A stretch of DNA of 63,483 bases, the filler included, from Lenisia limosa (Eukaryota > Protista > Breviatea): NCBI GenBank assembly GCA_001655205.1. It is 10 parts of 10 records of this genome, joined end to end, with 100 filler letters (N's around TTAATTAATTAA, not from the genome) between each part and the next. Parts side by side here need not be neighbours in the genome. Positions count along the whole stretch, not along the records: positions 1 to 26,020 come from LPNZ01009130.1; positions 26,121 to 27,406 come from LPNZ01009535.1; 8 more parts are not named here. One strand, written 5' to 3'. The number at the start of each line of letters is the position of its first letter. Within the stretch, counting starts at the first letter, position 1. The notes beneath the pieces were generated by a model. That model was not told the DNA's origin and searched no databases. It saw nothing but the letters and a program-made list of their open reading frames with translations. Made by a program: the position numbers and the translations under genes. This document shows positions 13,447 through 26,179 of this stretch, one piece after another.

Positions 13447-15061
13447 ATGACGGACTCCACCATTGCTAATGAGATGGAGGCAATAGAAATGATTTATGAA
13501 GTTGGGGGGGCTTCTTTCTCGTAGCTAATATGTTGTGTTATTGTTTTGTTGATCATTTCAACTAATATGTTGTGTTATTGTTATGTTGATCATTTCAACT
13601 AATATGTTGTGTTGTTGTTATGTTGATCATTTCAAAGGAGTCATTTGAGAAACTGGGCCCTTCAACATTCTCGCTTCTTCTTGCGCCTCGGGGGGAAGAT
13701 ATGGTACACGTATCGGTCAAGCTGAATGTCAAGTTGGGGGGTCCTGTGGTTGGCGTATTTATTTTATAAGGCACATAATATACCGTGTATGCACTTAGTA
13801 TATCATATAGTAGATATATGGAGTACCATTGTTGTCATAAAACCGTGATGATGGTTGATACCTCTTCTGGTTTTCAATACCTAATAGAGTGAACTGTAAC
13901 TCTATCTCGCAGCTATCCCGAGGAGTATCCGAATACAGTGCTGGACTTTGAGTTACAGATGATTAAGGGTCTCAAGGTCGACCAGATGTCTTACCTCCAC
14001 GAAATGACAAGTGAAAAGGTCTTGGGCATGTTTAATTGATGATAATTATTTTGAGAATCAAAAATCTTAACAAACACGTCTCTGATTAATCTGTCTGGAT
14101 GCCTTTTCTATATATCATATGATATGGTAGATATGGTGTTGATGGAAAGTCTTATTTATTTCCTTTTCCTCCCACAGGCAACTTTAGCTGCCGAGGAGGG
14201 TTTTGAGTGTGTCCTAGACTTGGCCTTCCACATCGAAGAGTACCTCAACGGTTTGTTACCCGAACATACGCTATATTTTCAGCTCCACTTCATTGGCTGG
14301 AGGATCTTCGAGATATGAAGTCTTTTTCCGTATCAAAATGAAGCAATACACATTTTTGGCACCTCTTGATCCAATAATATTAAGCCCATATTTGAAATAT
14401 TTTGTTGTAGATGATGTGATATGTAGATGCATATGAATGCAGCTTTTTACTTCTTTTGTTTCGCATTTCGACATGTAATCCTTTGATCTATTATATTCGA
14501 ATATTACTATCTCCATGGACACCAAGCTTTAGATTTGTTGGCATTTCTGTTTGAAACCATTACAGTTTAGAGAACAACGTTGAGATCAAGAGCTTTTATG
14601 ACGAAATGCATGAACGGAAACAAAACGAGAAGGTGGGAGGAATATAACAAAACGAGACGGTGGAGGAATGTTAGATTTATCCGTTTATATCCTTCCCTTT
14701 GTTGCTAATTGTCCTCTTTTGTCTTTTTCTTTGTTTTTTATTGGTCATTAACCCACTGTCATATTTAATGTTAAAAAAATTCCAGCAGCTTAGAATTTAT
14801 CGATCAATAAATATTGATAAATATCGAAATAATCATCGACAGGAGGCGGAAGCGGAGGAGAGCCGACTTGCGGACGAACTTCAAGATGCCCGGGCCGTGG
14901 AGGAAATGAAAACCGTGGAAGAGAGAATAAAGGTGGCCAATATTTCACTTCAAGGATTAACTACCTTGGTGGATCCTGTGACTCACACTGTTCAGCAAGA
15001 AATGTTGAACCGAATGAACAAGCGAAAAGAAGAGTCAGACACCTTCGATAGTGTTTCGGGT
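13447..15061 (+). CDS. RWD-domain protein, N-terminal part (GCN2/RWDD-like N-terminus), continuing into a gap
   Basis: Exons MTDSTIANEMEAIEMIYE, ..VHVSVKLNV, YPEEYPNTVLDF (RWD YPxxxP motif), ECVLDLAFHIEEYL, KSFYDEMHERKQNEK, then a charged coiled coil. Confidence 0.8.
13525..13635 (+). repeat. Intronic tandem repeat, 3 x 37 bp
   Basis: Unit CTAATATGTTGTGTTATTGTTATGTTGATCATTTCAA. Confidence 0.9.
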
Positions 15062-15398
15062 ATNNNNNNNNNNNNNNNNNNNNNNNNNNNNNNNNNNNNN
15101 NNNNNNNNNNNNNNNNNNNNNNNNNNNNNNNNNNNNNNNNNNNCACCATTGCAATGTTATGTATTAAGTTGTTCCTCTTCTCACAGTCCAGATTTTGGCG
15201 GCTGGTCAGCATCACATGAATCTCTTCAACGGTAGCCTGGATTATCACCACGCCATAAAGTGCATTTACAAGCCGTTAAGAACACTTTCTTTCGTATTAT
15301 TTTTTTATAGAACTGTTCATATTATGTGTGATACGCATATAATATATGATATACAATATGAGATCATAAAATTATATATTTTGCGCAAGCATTCTAAT

Positions 15399-15741
15399 TA
15401 GGGTGCCGTGCAATTAATTGACAGCTGCAATTAATTGCATGCAATTAATTTTTTCAACTATTTTTTCATCTCTGCAATTAATTGCAATTAATTTATATAA
15501 ATCCGTATTTTTCAATCTTTTTTATTAAAACTGATCCTTGAAGCCCTGTTTTTTTTTGTTTTTTGAAGATAATACTATATTGTCAAACCCAAAGTAGGTA
15601 TTTTCAATCATACTGTTGTTATTTTTAGTTTAAAACTGTTGAAAATCCCAATTGATTGGTTTGGAGAAAGATGGTGCAATTTAATTGGCCATTAGTTGTT
15701 AATTGGTAATTAATTGCAGTAATTAATTGCACGGCACCCTA
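15399..15741. mobile_element. hAT-like MITE (family H), 343 bp, intronic
   Basis: Perfect 21-bp TIR TAGGGTGCCGTGCAATTAATT. Perfect 8-bp TSD ATTCTAAT at 15391-15398 and 15742-15749. Subterminal AATTAATTGC repeats. Confidence 0.92.
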
Positions 15742-15807
15742 ATTCTAATGAAAACCTGTGCAAAAGGCTGCCTCAGTCCTTCTATTCGGCTCATTGACCC
15801 CACGACA

Positions 15808-17887
15808 GGTACGGCAATGAGAGCGATGATGAGTATTCGTCATCGGACTCGGTGTATGAGAGCTGTTCCGAGGGAAGCTCTCCAATGTCTCCGGCAGTCA
15901 AAAGCAAAATGGAAGCACAGAAATGTTGGCAACGGGGAGGGGGGGGGGGGTTATTTGAAGGGAAACTCCCAATTTTACCCCCTTNNNNNNNNNNNNNNNN
16001 NNNNNNNNNNNNNNNNNNNNNNNNNNNNNNNNNNNNNNNNNNNNNNNNNNNTCTCTTCACGTATTTTGCGATATTACAATTTGACTCCGATGTTGCTGTT
16101 TACGTTCCTCTTTACCTAGGGTAAAACTATCATTAAACACAATATTGCAATTTCTGTTAATGTTTATTCTTTGTTTTTGGTATTGATTTGACAATTCAGT
16201 TGAATCGGATACCTTTCTCCTTTCAAGCGTTGAGGTGAGAGTACAGCAAAGTAGAATATCCTATAATTTATTCACTCAGATTCTTCTATCAGACACTTAC
16301 TACTATATGTCATATACTATGACATTTATTATCAGAGTACTAATTGATACCAACAGTACCCTGTCTTTATTAGAATATGCATAATTTATGTATAATTATC
16401 AATGTAAAATAAAAGCAAGGGATTATTTAGGTTTTATTGGTGTTTGTTAAGCTCTCCTAAGATTGTGTAAGCAGAGCATCACCCCCCCCCCCCCNNNNNN
16501 NNNNNNNNNNNNNNNNNNNNNNNNNNNNNNNNNNNNNNNNNNNNNNNNNNNNNNNNNNNNNNNNNNNNNNNNNNNNNNNNNNNNATCCCACTCATTCGTG
16601 TCAGTTCATCCGAACCGCAGGAATTGTTGTACGTGGGTTATTATTTCAATATTCACCCTGAGCCCATATAACATGCTAATACTCTGAAGGCCTCTCAGAT
16701 TAGATTGAGATTTATCTAGACATTCCGTTTTTGTTTCTTCATAATCTGACCGTTTTAGAGAGTCCACGCCACCCTCAGCAATGTCACCTTCGCCATCAAG
16801 GTGGTGATACCCGGGTTGTTTTGTTTTTTAGGGATTTTGGATGGGTTATTTTATTGTTATATTAAGTCTTCCTTACCCTCTAGAACAAGCTGCGACTTGA
16901 GCGATGTTTCAAGTGAGGCACTTTCTGACGGTTGGGGGCGCAACAGAAATGAGAGAAGGCCATCCATATCTTATGAAGAAAGTTAATTCTGGTAATATCA
17001 ATTTAACTATCTTGCCCTCAAAAACTACTTGTTTTCAGCTTCCTGCATGATGCTATTGGCCACAAAAAGAGCCTCCCTAACATAGTCAACTAATTCCTCA
17101 GATGCCACGTCACCCCCCAAAACCAGACTCATGGCGGTGGCTGCTCTGGCTCGGAGGCCTTCTCCGGGCCAACAGCTGTCCAGTGATGACACCGAGGATT
17201 CCGATGATGATCTCGAGTCTAGTATCATCAACGCTCCTAATATGGTTAGTAGCTGTGTGGCCTTCCCATCTTGCACTCTTTCAACTCTCACCATGCAGGC
17301 TGTTTGCCCAGTCCAAATGCCCTTCCACGCAAGTAGGCTTTCCTCACTTGAACCAAAAATGGTACCTTTATTGCAACAATCTGGGAAAGTGTACCCCTGT
17401 AGACAGTGCTATTTTTAGCATTTTTTCCTCAANNNNNNNNNNNNNNNNNNNNNNNNNNNNNNNNNNNNNNNNNNNNNNNNNNNNNNNNNNNNNNNNNNNN
17501 NNNNNNNNNNNNNNNNNNNNNNNNNNNNNNNNNNNNNNNNNNNNNNNNNNNNNNNCTTTTGAATGATGTCCGGAGCTTTGAGGACCCTTATTATGCCTCA
17601 TCCCTTTACCTTGTTTTCAAAAAGATAACCCTTAGAACCACCTGTGATCACCTCCAATCGGCCGCCTCTGTCACCAAACCTTCAGATCGGCCAGGTTCAG
17701 GTATGTTTAAAGGTCCCATAAACTCAATGCTTATCTCATTTTTCTATGAAGTATGATATGATATTGGGTTTTTGATTACCTCATTTCAGAGGAGCTTTGA
17801 CCGCTATTACAATGAGAGACGCTTGTCACCATATAGGGTCTCCATGTGCCCAGCATTCTCCAGGACTTCTCGCAGGACAGCTCTGAG
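15808..17887 (+). CDS. Probable further exons of the RWD gene (acidic, Ser-rich low-complexity region); structure uncertain
   Basis: Splice-site-bounded open segments such as YGNESDDEYSSSDSVYESCSEGSSPMSP and QLSSDDTEDSDDDLESSIINAPNM on the same strand. No domain recognised. Confidence 0.4.
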
Positions 17888-20800
17888 GTAGGGGGGGGGG
17901 GGGGNNNNNNNNNNGTGGCCTATACAAGGTGTCAACTTCAAGCTGTCCGGGAGTTTTGATGTGTCCGGGAATTTTGAATGATGTCCGGAGCTTTGAGGAC
18001 CCACATATATGATATTTCTATTTTTTTGTTATAGTAAAACAAAACAAACAATATCTACATTCATGCCTTATCGACCTGGTAAGCCTGGATAACATGCGTG
18101 ATAATGTACTGGCAATAATTGGTAATGCATTCTCCATTCAGTCAAAATATGCAGAGCAAAAAAATACCCCATCCAACCAGACTTCTTGACTTTCGAGGGG
18201 GCCTTTACGAAGGAAAGGGAGAACGTGGAGGCATCGACGAGGGCAAATGTACCGGAGTCGTTGCCATGAAGCTGGTCTGTAAAAGCAGAATAAATTTTAT
18301 TGTCGAATTCTTTCCCTGAAATTTACAGATGAGCCAATTTAAAAATCGGCATGAATGCATGTATCAACTTCCCAGGAGTTACCTGGTGGGGTTTTAAGAG
18401 CGTCATATCAAGAATCGCGAAAGATGTGGGATATAGAATAAGAGCAAACTCTTGTCTAGAATTACACAGGAGTACTAATCTGTACCATAAAACTGCTAAG
18501 AGAGGTGAGGAGGGGAAAGAGACGCGAGACCTTTTATCTAGTTTACTCCGTTGATTACTCAGTTGATGTACATACATGTATATAAATTGAAAATCCGAGT
18601 TTTTTATTTTTATTTTTTTCCAACGATATCCCAAGCCTCTCTCCTCCCCTGTAAGTCTTTTGGCGGTTATATTTTACAGTTTAAGTATCGAACGTCAAGC
18701 ATTTACTCACCCCTGCAAGGTCAAAATTTTCAAAAAACAAACAACCTTACAGGTAGACAATTTCCCGTCGCAGTGTCCCAAAGTCAATTACTCACCCCAG
18801 CGAGGTCAGAATCCCCTAAAAACCATACCAAATACAGTCTTAAAACTTTAGTAATTGTCTTTGAGATTTCATTTGGGTTCCTTACGTCCAATAATCATTG
18901 GCCAAACCCTCATACTTCGACAACAATCGAAAATTACCGGTTGTTGGGTCGCTAAGTCAATTCACTCGCCCCTGCGAAGGTCTATCTAATCTACCATTAT
19001 CTGTGGACTTTAGAAAGTGCCCTATAAACTATTTGTTCTTTGTCAATCAGTAGCAAAAAAGTCAACTTCAAAGATTGAGATGTAAATCGGACCATATTCC
19101 TGGAATATTAAATTAGCGCCAGATGATAGAAAAATGAATGATCAGTTACTTCTAAAACCGTTTTTTGGGTATCTTACCTTCATTGTTAGTGTTTCTATTG
19201 TTATCACTTATTGCTCTAGGATGAAATTAACCAAATTAATGAAGAGTTAACCTTAATTAATGAAAAAATGTCTTTATTGAGGTTTTGGTTTCTAAGATTA
19301 TTGTAATAATTTTTTTCTAGAGATAATTCATTGAAAAGCAGAAGCGATTTAAATCAAACAGAAGAGGACATGTCTTGCATTACTTTAAAATTGGAAACTC
19401 TTGTTTGCAAATTTTTNNNNNNNNNNNNNNNNNNNNNNNNNNNNNNNNNNNNNNNTTTTTTTATTTCTCTTTGAAGAATTCACAGGAATGTTTTCATAGT
19501 TTGTATCAATACTAGCTAGTTAAAAATGTGAAATGTCATATTTGTAACCGCGAACAAGCCATAAATCGCATAAAAATGCACCACCCTTTTGAGAGTAAAT
19601 TCGACGTAGTATATTATAGTATATTAATTATATGAGATGATAAGTATATATTACATGTTGTATACTACATAATATATAATATGGTTAAAACCGCGAACAT
19701 GATTAAAACCGCGACAGCCTAAGACCGCTCGTGTGGAATAAAAAGACGTTCTTGTTTCAATAATTGGAAATTCTACTACTCGATGGCAGTCTTCGAGCAT
19801 ATATAGCGAGAATAATCGGGGAAAATGAGCGAGAATTACTCAAAACAATTGGCGAATATTATAGAAGAGTCAAAAAATCAAGCCAATGGGACTGACACCT
19901 TGTATGTCTTTCTAGAACGATAAATGGCATAGTGATGCAGCATATACTTCGATTTTAAGATTATTTCGTCTTCAAAGTTTCCCCATGTTACAATTGTGTT
20001 TTAGTGAAGTTTTGATTGTTTTGACTCGTATTCCCGTCAGTAGTTTAAATTATGCCACAGCTTAAAATGTTTGAAAAAGCTGACGCAATTGTTCGCAGAA
20101 ATGCCCTTTTTGATCTTCTCGAAACTCAAGCATCCCAAGAATGGGCATGCCAACACCCTCCACGTATTGGAGTAAACAACACCACCGAAGCCTTCCTCCA
20201 CTGCAATGCCAAGAACGTTATCTATTAACTAAAAGACTGTTAAAATATCAATATTTATCGATTGTTTATTGGGAAATTCAGTCTTTTTTGTGAAGCCCTA
20301 CTCTTAACACTTCAGCGCTACTTACGATGATGCTATTGCCGTATTGAAGACCCTTCCTCCCCTCAGAGATCTTTATGTACGGTTACCATATATCCTGAGG
20401 GCTTCTCTACGATAAAAAAGACCGTTAAAATATCGATAATTTTTGGGAAATATGGAGAAATCTGTCTTTTTTGGAACCATATGAAAGTCCCAAGATATCC
20501 ACTCGGTTTTTTTTTTTTATCTCTCTTTTAGGGGAATATTTTATGGAAAAATTATTCTATTTGGAAGATTCATTTCTTATCTTATTTTAGGAAGCTTCCT
20601 GTCATCTATTTAGGAAGGTTTAGACTGGGGGCGTTAGGATTTCCTTGGTGGTTTTGCAGTAGATGGCTGCTTTGGTGGTCTTGAGCTTGGCCTTGCGCTT
20701 ATCACGTTCATCAAATATATGATCGAGGTGGTCGGTGTTTAGCTCGACATTTAGGTCTGATTATGTTAATTCTCATTCCATCATAAAACAAATATTGATT

Positions 20801-23162
20801 CAAACCCTTCGTACTGGCACCAAGACGGGCCGAAGTTGAACATTCCAGAAGCGAAATTAACGGCAACACGAAGACCGACACCGGTAAGGGAGAAGAGGCG
20901 CTTCTGATGGAAGGCAAGGAGACACAAAATTAATGAATATTGACAAAATCAAAAAAAAAACTAGGATATTTGCTTACCAAGGAGTTGGTCTGGCCTGCCT
21001 TGTACTACTGGATAGTTTTCATTGAGGCCCACTTCTGATTTGTAATTTGTAATTAGGAAAAAAAAAAAAAAAAAAAAAANNNNNNNNNNNNNNNNNNNNN
21101 NNNNNNNNNNNNNNNNNNNNNNNNNNNNNNNNATAAGAGTTTCAATCGAACCTTAGAGGCGAGTTCAGAGTGATGTCCTAGTAGATTATGTGAAGAGTGC
21201 ACTTTAGATTTCAGCTGTCAAAGACGCGAATGGCTTCGGCGTTCAGATGAGTCTTGACGATCGTGGTGAAGGCGTGGTGGATGTAGTACCTTGTATATCC
21301 TTCTGGAGGGTGGTTATATTAAACTGTGTTATAAATAAACCAACCTTTTCCACTTTTCAGGCCCTTGATAGCGTTCTGGGCACACTTGCCAATAGACCTT
21401 GCCCCATGAACAAGGCAGAGGCCCCTCAATGAGGACGATTCCATTGGACTTGAGGAAGGTAATGACAGAACTGTCGTTATTGTGGATCTAATTAGAATTA
21501 TCATTGCGTCAGACAAGGTTCATCAAAACCCATTTCTTATTCTACTATTATAGCGTACAGGTAGTGAAATTGGTATATTGATAGCTAGGATTGCAGTGTC
21601 AGGAGGACAACCATGTTGGACGATTGTGTATTGGGTTGAAAACCCTTAACACCTACCCTTCATGGAGCCCTATTGTTTATTGAAGAAATATAATGAGCCT
21701 AATTTAGAATTGATCTGGGATGAGGAGGGTGGGGCTTAAAAATATTTCAAAAGAGGACTTGTTATTCAATTATTGTATTTAATATCAGATGAACTAAAAT
21801 TAGTCTTAACATTTTCATGAAATTTCAAATGGATAACTATGTTGCTGTCGTTGTTTGCGTCCCTCTTAAGCTGAAACACTACTGCACTTAAGATTCTTTT
21901 TATCCCGACGGCTTCTTGCTTACCTAAAATATCCAAAAGTTATAAATAAAATACTCTACAATTACATATATGTTAGTCCCATGAAACAGTTTACTTTCCT
22001 TGACCTCTTAAATAGTTGAAGTTCAACCGTACATTTCTTTAATCTCGAATGGTATACATCAAAAACCAAAACGCAGTATTACAATAATTGTGACCGTGGG
22101 TTTAAGCCCAAATGAGTGCATTTTTTGCCTGTAGGAATTCTTTTTTTTTGGGGGGAGCTGTCGACCGGACCGTTCCAATTTGCAAAAAGAACGGACAGGA
22201 CCGGACTGTTCATTTGAATATCTCAAAAAGACCATACCGGACCGGACCGGACCGTAGGGAATCACTCGCTCTGGCCAACTTCGATCCGTGTCTCCATCTG
22301 CCCAGACTCAAGACTCAGTTCCATCAATATCCCTGAACGCTTTCGAACTATCTCTGAACCCCACTCTCGAAGGCCTCCTCAAACTGAGGTTGGAACGAAT
22401 TTGGTGGGACGTTTTCACTGCAACAGCACTTTGAGAAGGCAATTTGATTCTTTGTTGGTTGCTCTTGTCGACTCTAATTGTTTAAACCACAATGATTCTA
22501 TGTCACTCTTGAAGAATGGTCACAAATTCAGACACCAAATTTTACTATTGCTTCTATATTTTCTGACAATGTTACAACTAGGTTTCAAATACACAACAGT
22601 GGGCTCTTATCCCATTGCAACACGCCCCAAGTGGCTTCAGTAAGTGGAATTTTCCATAGAAATAATAATAATATTGCCTGCCTTTATCATAATGAATTGC
22701 TGAGTGGACAAATACTGGACAGCCCCTGCACTTGAAAAGAGGTCGTGAAGCTTGCAGTAAGACAGATGCCATTTTATGTTCACTTTTTTATGATTGGAAC
22801 TGAGCCAAAGCACTGCTGAAGACTGTTCCCTTTTTGATTGACGTTGTTTTTTACCCACAAAGACCGCATATGCAACTTAGTATAGTATGAGCATATCTTT
22901 GGATATCTTTTCATTTAGTTCCTACTTACTGGCTGTGTCAATAATGTTTACGATAGCCAATAATGATAAATGAAAAAAATATGGGTCGCTAACTTAAAAA
23001 ACAATATTACAGTTTTGAGCAGTCAATATTTTTTCTGGAAATTTCACCACCTCAAAATCCCAATATTTAATTGTAAGAATTCGCTATGTATTAACTAATA
23101 TACATGTAACTCTATTATTAAAAACCTCCGGTGAACTCTGTTTCTCTCTGTTAGTGTTGTAG

Positions 23163-24031
23163 GAGTCAAGGAAGTTGAATTTGATGGATGACAACACTCG
23201 TATAACTTTAGAATTGGGCCATCTTGATCAAAAGGTGAAAGAGTCTTCAAAATCTATAGAGATTATTCAAGAGTGCATTGCTGAAAAGCAGTTTTTTTGA
23301 GTATTGTTACATTTGGTCCCTTCTTGAACATCGTCGATTAAACATGCTTCAAAGTGACCGCACCTCATTAAAAGCTTTACTTGAAGCACAAAAATGTCAA
23401 ATTTTATCTGGTCTCCACGTCTCTATTAATTTTGACATAGGGTCGTCTTGGTGATCTTGGAAGTGTTCCCAAAAAGTACGATGTTGCAGTATCAACAGCT
23501 TGTAAATGTCTAAATTTTGTTGTTGTTGATTCGGCTGATGATGCACAGGCGTGTGTAAATTATTTAAGGTAACACTTTTTTTGAAATAATGACGATCTAA
23601 TCAACTTGGAAGGCTGACTTTTATTATTTTAGAAAAATTAGAAACAGTGAAGCCTTTTAACACTGTTCCTGGTTTAAGGTTCCTCTCTCGTTTTTGATAG
23701 ACTCTTTGATTTTATTGAAACAGAAGAAAAGTTTAGATCAGCCTTTTACTTTGCTTTAAAAGACACATTAGTTGCTGAAAGCATTGAAGATGCTCAGGTT
23801 TTTGTTTTTGTTTTCATTTTGAAACTTGCGTTTGGATCACAACGCTTTAGAGTCGTGACCTTACATGGCTCACTTATTGATATCAGTGGTGCTATGACTG
23901 GAGGAGGTGGAAAAGTTATGCATGGTGCAATAAAAACCATCCAACAAGACCCCAAACCTTCTACAATAGACTCTATCCAACTTGAACTTGATTCTTTATA
24001 TGCTCAACTTGGACATCTGGAACTCCAAAAG
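23163..24031 (+). pseudogene. SMC4: SMC4-like (condensin) coiled-coil plus hinge fragment with micro-introns; no head domains found nearby
   Basis: Spliced: ..LKALLEAQKCQILSGLH|GRLGDLGSVPKKYDVAVSTACKCLNFVVVDSADDAQACVNYLR|SNQLGRLTFIILEK..R|LFDFIE..FRSAFYFALKDTLVAESIEDAQ|KLAFGSQRFRVVTLHGSLIDISGAMTGGGG. These are classic SMC4 hinge motifs. Introns are 22-26 nt, three with non-AG ends. Confidence 0.85.
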
Positions 24032-24649
24032 GTTTGTGTTTCAGGTACAATTTCTTTTTTATTCTTCTTTTTATTGCACACAAGTATTCTAACTTCCTTC
24101 ATTGTGATACTGTGGTATGGACACGTAAGTGAGTTGGAAGAGGATAGCTATCCTGGCTTATCTGGTTAGATCTCACTGAGATTGGGACCAAAGCGCCCAT
24201 AGAGCCCTATCATGTATTAATATTGTTGTTAGACCTACACACATTAGGTTGCACAAAGGGGTTCGCGGAGGGAGGTGTTGACAATGGATTTTGAGGTTAT
24301 CTGTAAAAGGGGAATTTAAATAAAAGTAGGGTGGTAATTTAGAAAATTGGCTCGGATTTTTATTCAATTTTCTCAAAGATTGACGCATATTTAACGTGAT
24401 TTACACCAAAGCTTGGAGTCTTTCAAACTGAACTAACGAGTAGTTTTTAACAAAAGTAATTCGTTTCAAAGAAGGCGTCTTTGAGCAATTTTCAAACAGT
24501 GACAATTTTCTGAATTACCACCTTGCTTTAAATACAAGTGGACTGAACACTGAAATAGTCTCTGGTAGAATTATGATAGAATATGATCAGCTGACCATTC
24601 CATGCGTATCTTTGTTGTGGTGTGTAATGATGTTCTCCCCCCTTAGTAC

Positions 24650-25580
24650 TTAATAAAGAGGAATTGAGATATTGACACCCGCTTCAAAATCTCCTTCAAC
24701 TTTTAAGTTTGAGACAGTGGGGTTTGTTTGAGACAGTGGGGTTTGTTTTAGTAGCATAATTTTCNNNNNNNNNNNNNNNNNNNNNNNNNNNNNNNNNNNN
24801 NNNNNNNNNNNNNNNNNNNNNNNNNNNNNNNNNNNNNNNNNNNNNNNNNNNNNNNNNNNTCTTGAAAATAATTGAGAATCAAAATGTTCTTCAATAGAGT
24901 GATTATAAGCTGGCAATATTTTTTCATCGAATACAAGAGCGTCAGTAGCCTCAAGACCATCAATGCGTGCTCCAATGTTATTTGCACTATTTTGTATGGC
25001 AGTGCTATCTAATTCTTCAATTATTTTTTCTTGTACATATCCTTTAGTACAAGCATCGTTATCATTTAGAGGTAATCCTACGTTTACTAATCGTTTTCTA
25101 CTGATGTCGAAGTTTGAGTTTTCATCTAAATTAATCCCAATCCCAGGCACACCTTGTTCTCCATGAGTAGGTGACGTAGTGGTGTCAGTACCAATTTGAA
25201 TAGCACCAGTTTCCAGTCATGAGGTTTTGAAAAAAAAATAAAAAAAAAATCTATAATTTATACAACAGTTGTGTAATCCCATAATCCAGTGCCAAATGTG
25301 ATCAAGTTCTCGTTATTGGAATGTTACTAAGATCTTGTGTGTAGCTTATTCAACTACCCGTTGTATCTGTAAAAAGTCATTATTGATTGTACTGTGTTTC
25401 CACTACGTTACATCTTAAATAAACGTTATCAATTCCGTTTGAAATATCCGGAAATAATTCAGTCGTGAACACCTTATTTACTATCTTATCGACAGGAACA
25501 CCTTCTTCTATTATCTGGATTGTTTCTGTTGTTCCGACAAGAGTACTTGATAAAAACCTAAAGAAATGTATTTGTCTCAT
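24650..25580 (-). mobile_element. Polinton/Maverick-like remnant: degraded minor-capsid-like ORF followed by a fibre-like ORF
   Basis: Intronless AT-rich ORFs. 25380-25580 reads IDNVYLRCNVVETQY. About 25210-24650 reads GEQGVPGIGINLDENSNFDISRKRLVNVGLPLNDNDACTKGYVQ, matching the G-x-x-G-IG..NFDIxxKRLxNVxxPxxxxDAxTKxYV motif I associate with Polinton-class and phage structural proteins. Motif recall only. Confidence 0.55.
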
Positions 25581-26179
25581 TTTTTTTGAAAAGAAAATTA
25601 TTATTGTTATTTATCTTGACTGATACTCCCAGCAAAGGCAGTGATAGCCCCAAGGAGAGGGTTAAGAAAAAACGCAACAACTGTGCGGCACAAAATCGGC
25701 AAGTCTAGTTAAGCTGGTCCAAATCACATTTTGCATCAAAGGCTGCAGGTCGGCGATTTTGGGACAAGAAACGAGAGTAAAAGGCAAAAAGGAAAAGTTT
25801 GGAGAATAGTACGACAAGATCGAGGAAGGCGAGGTTGTTTGTTCAATATTTTTTGTTTCCTATCTTTTGAATACAAGCGATGTTAACTACACTGTTGCAG
25901 CTAAATCATGTTTTTTTTTCTTACTCTGGACAATGGCACTCAGGTAATATAGTATAGGTTGGTGTTGGAAACTGTGGACATGCATAAAATCGTGGACAAA
26001 ATTGAACTTCCTCCAAATCANNNNNNNNNNNNNNNNNNNNNNNNNNNNNNNNNNNNNNNNNNNNTTAATTAATTAANNNNNNNNNNNNNNNNNNNNNNNN
26101 NNNNNNNNNNNNNNNNNNNNAGTTGATTTGGGCTTTTTTTTTATATACATAGATATATAATTTTTTCATTTTACCCTAG

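Noticed and set aside
20600-21035. Minus-strand spliced gene (..DHIFDERDKRKAKLKTTK..)
   Set aside because: The segments look like exons but their phases could not be reconciled, and no family was recognised.
22500-22860. Dynein heavy chain-like fragment (IAEW..G.P..PFLID)
   Set aside because: The similarity is too weak and is interrupted by stops.
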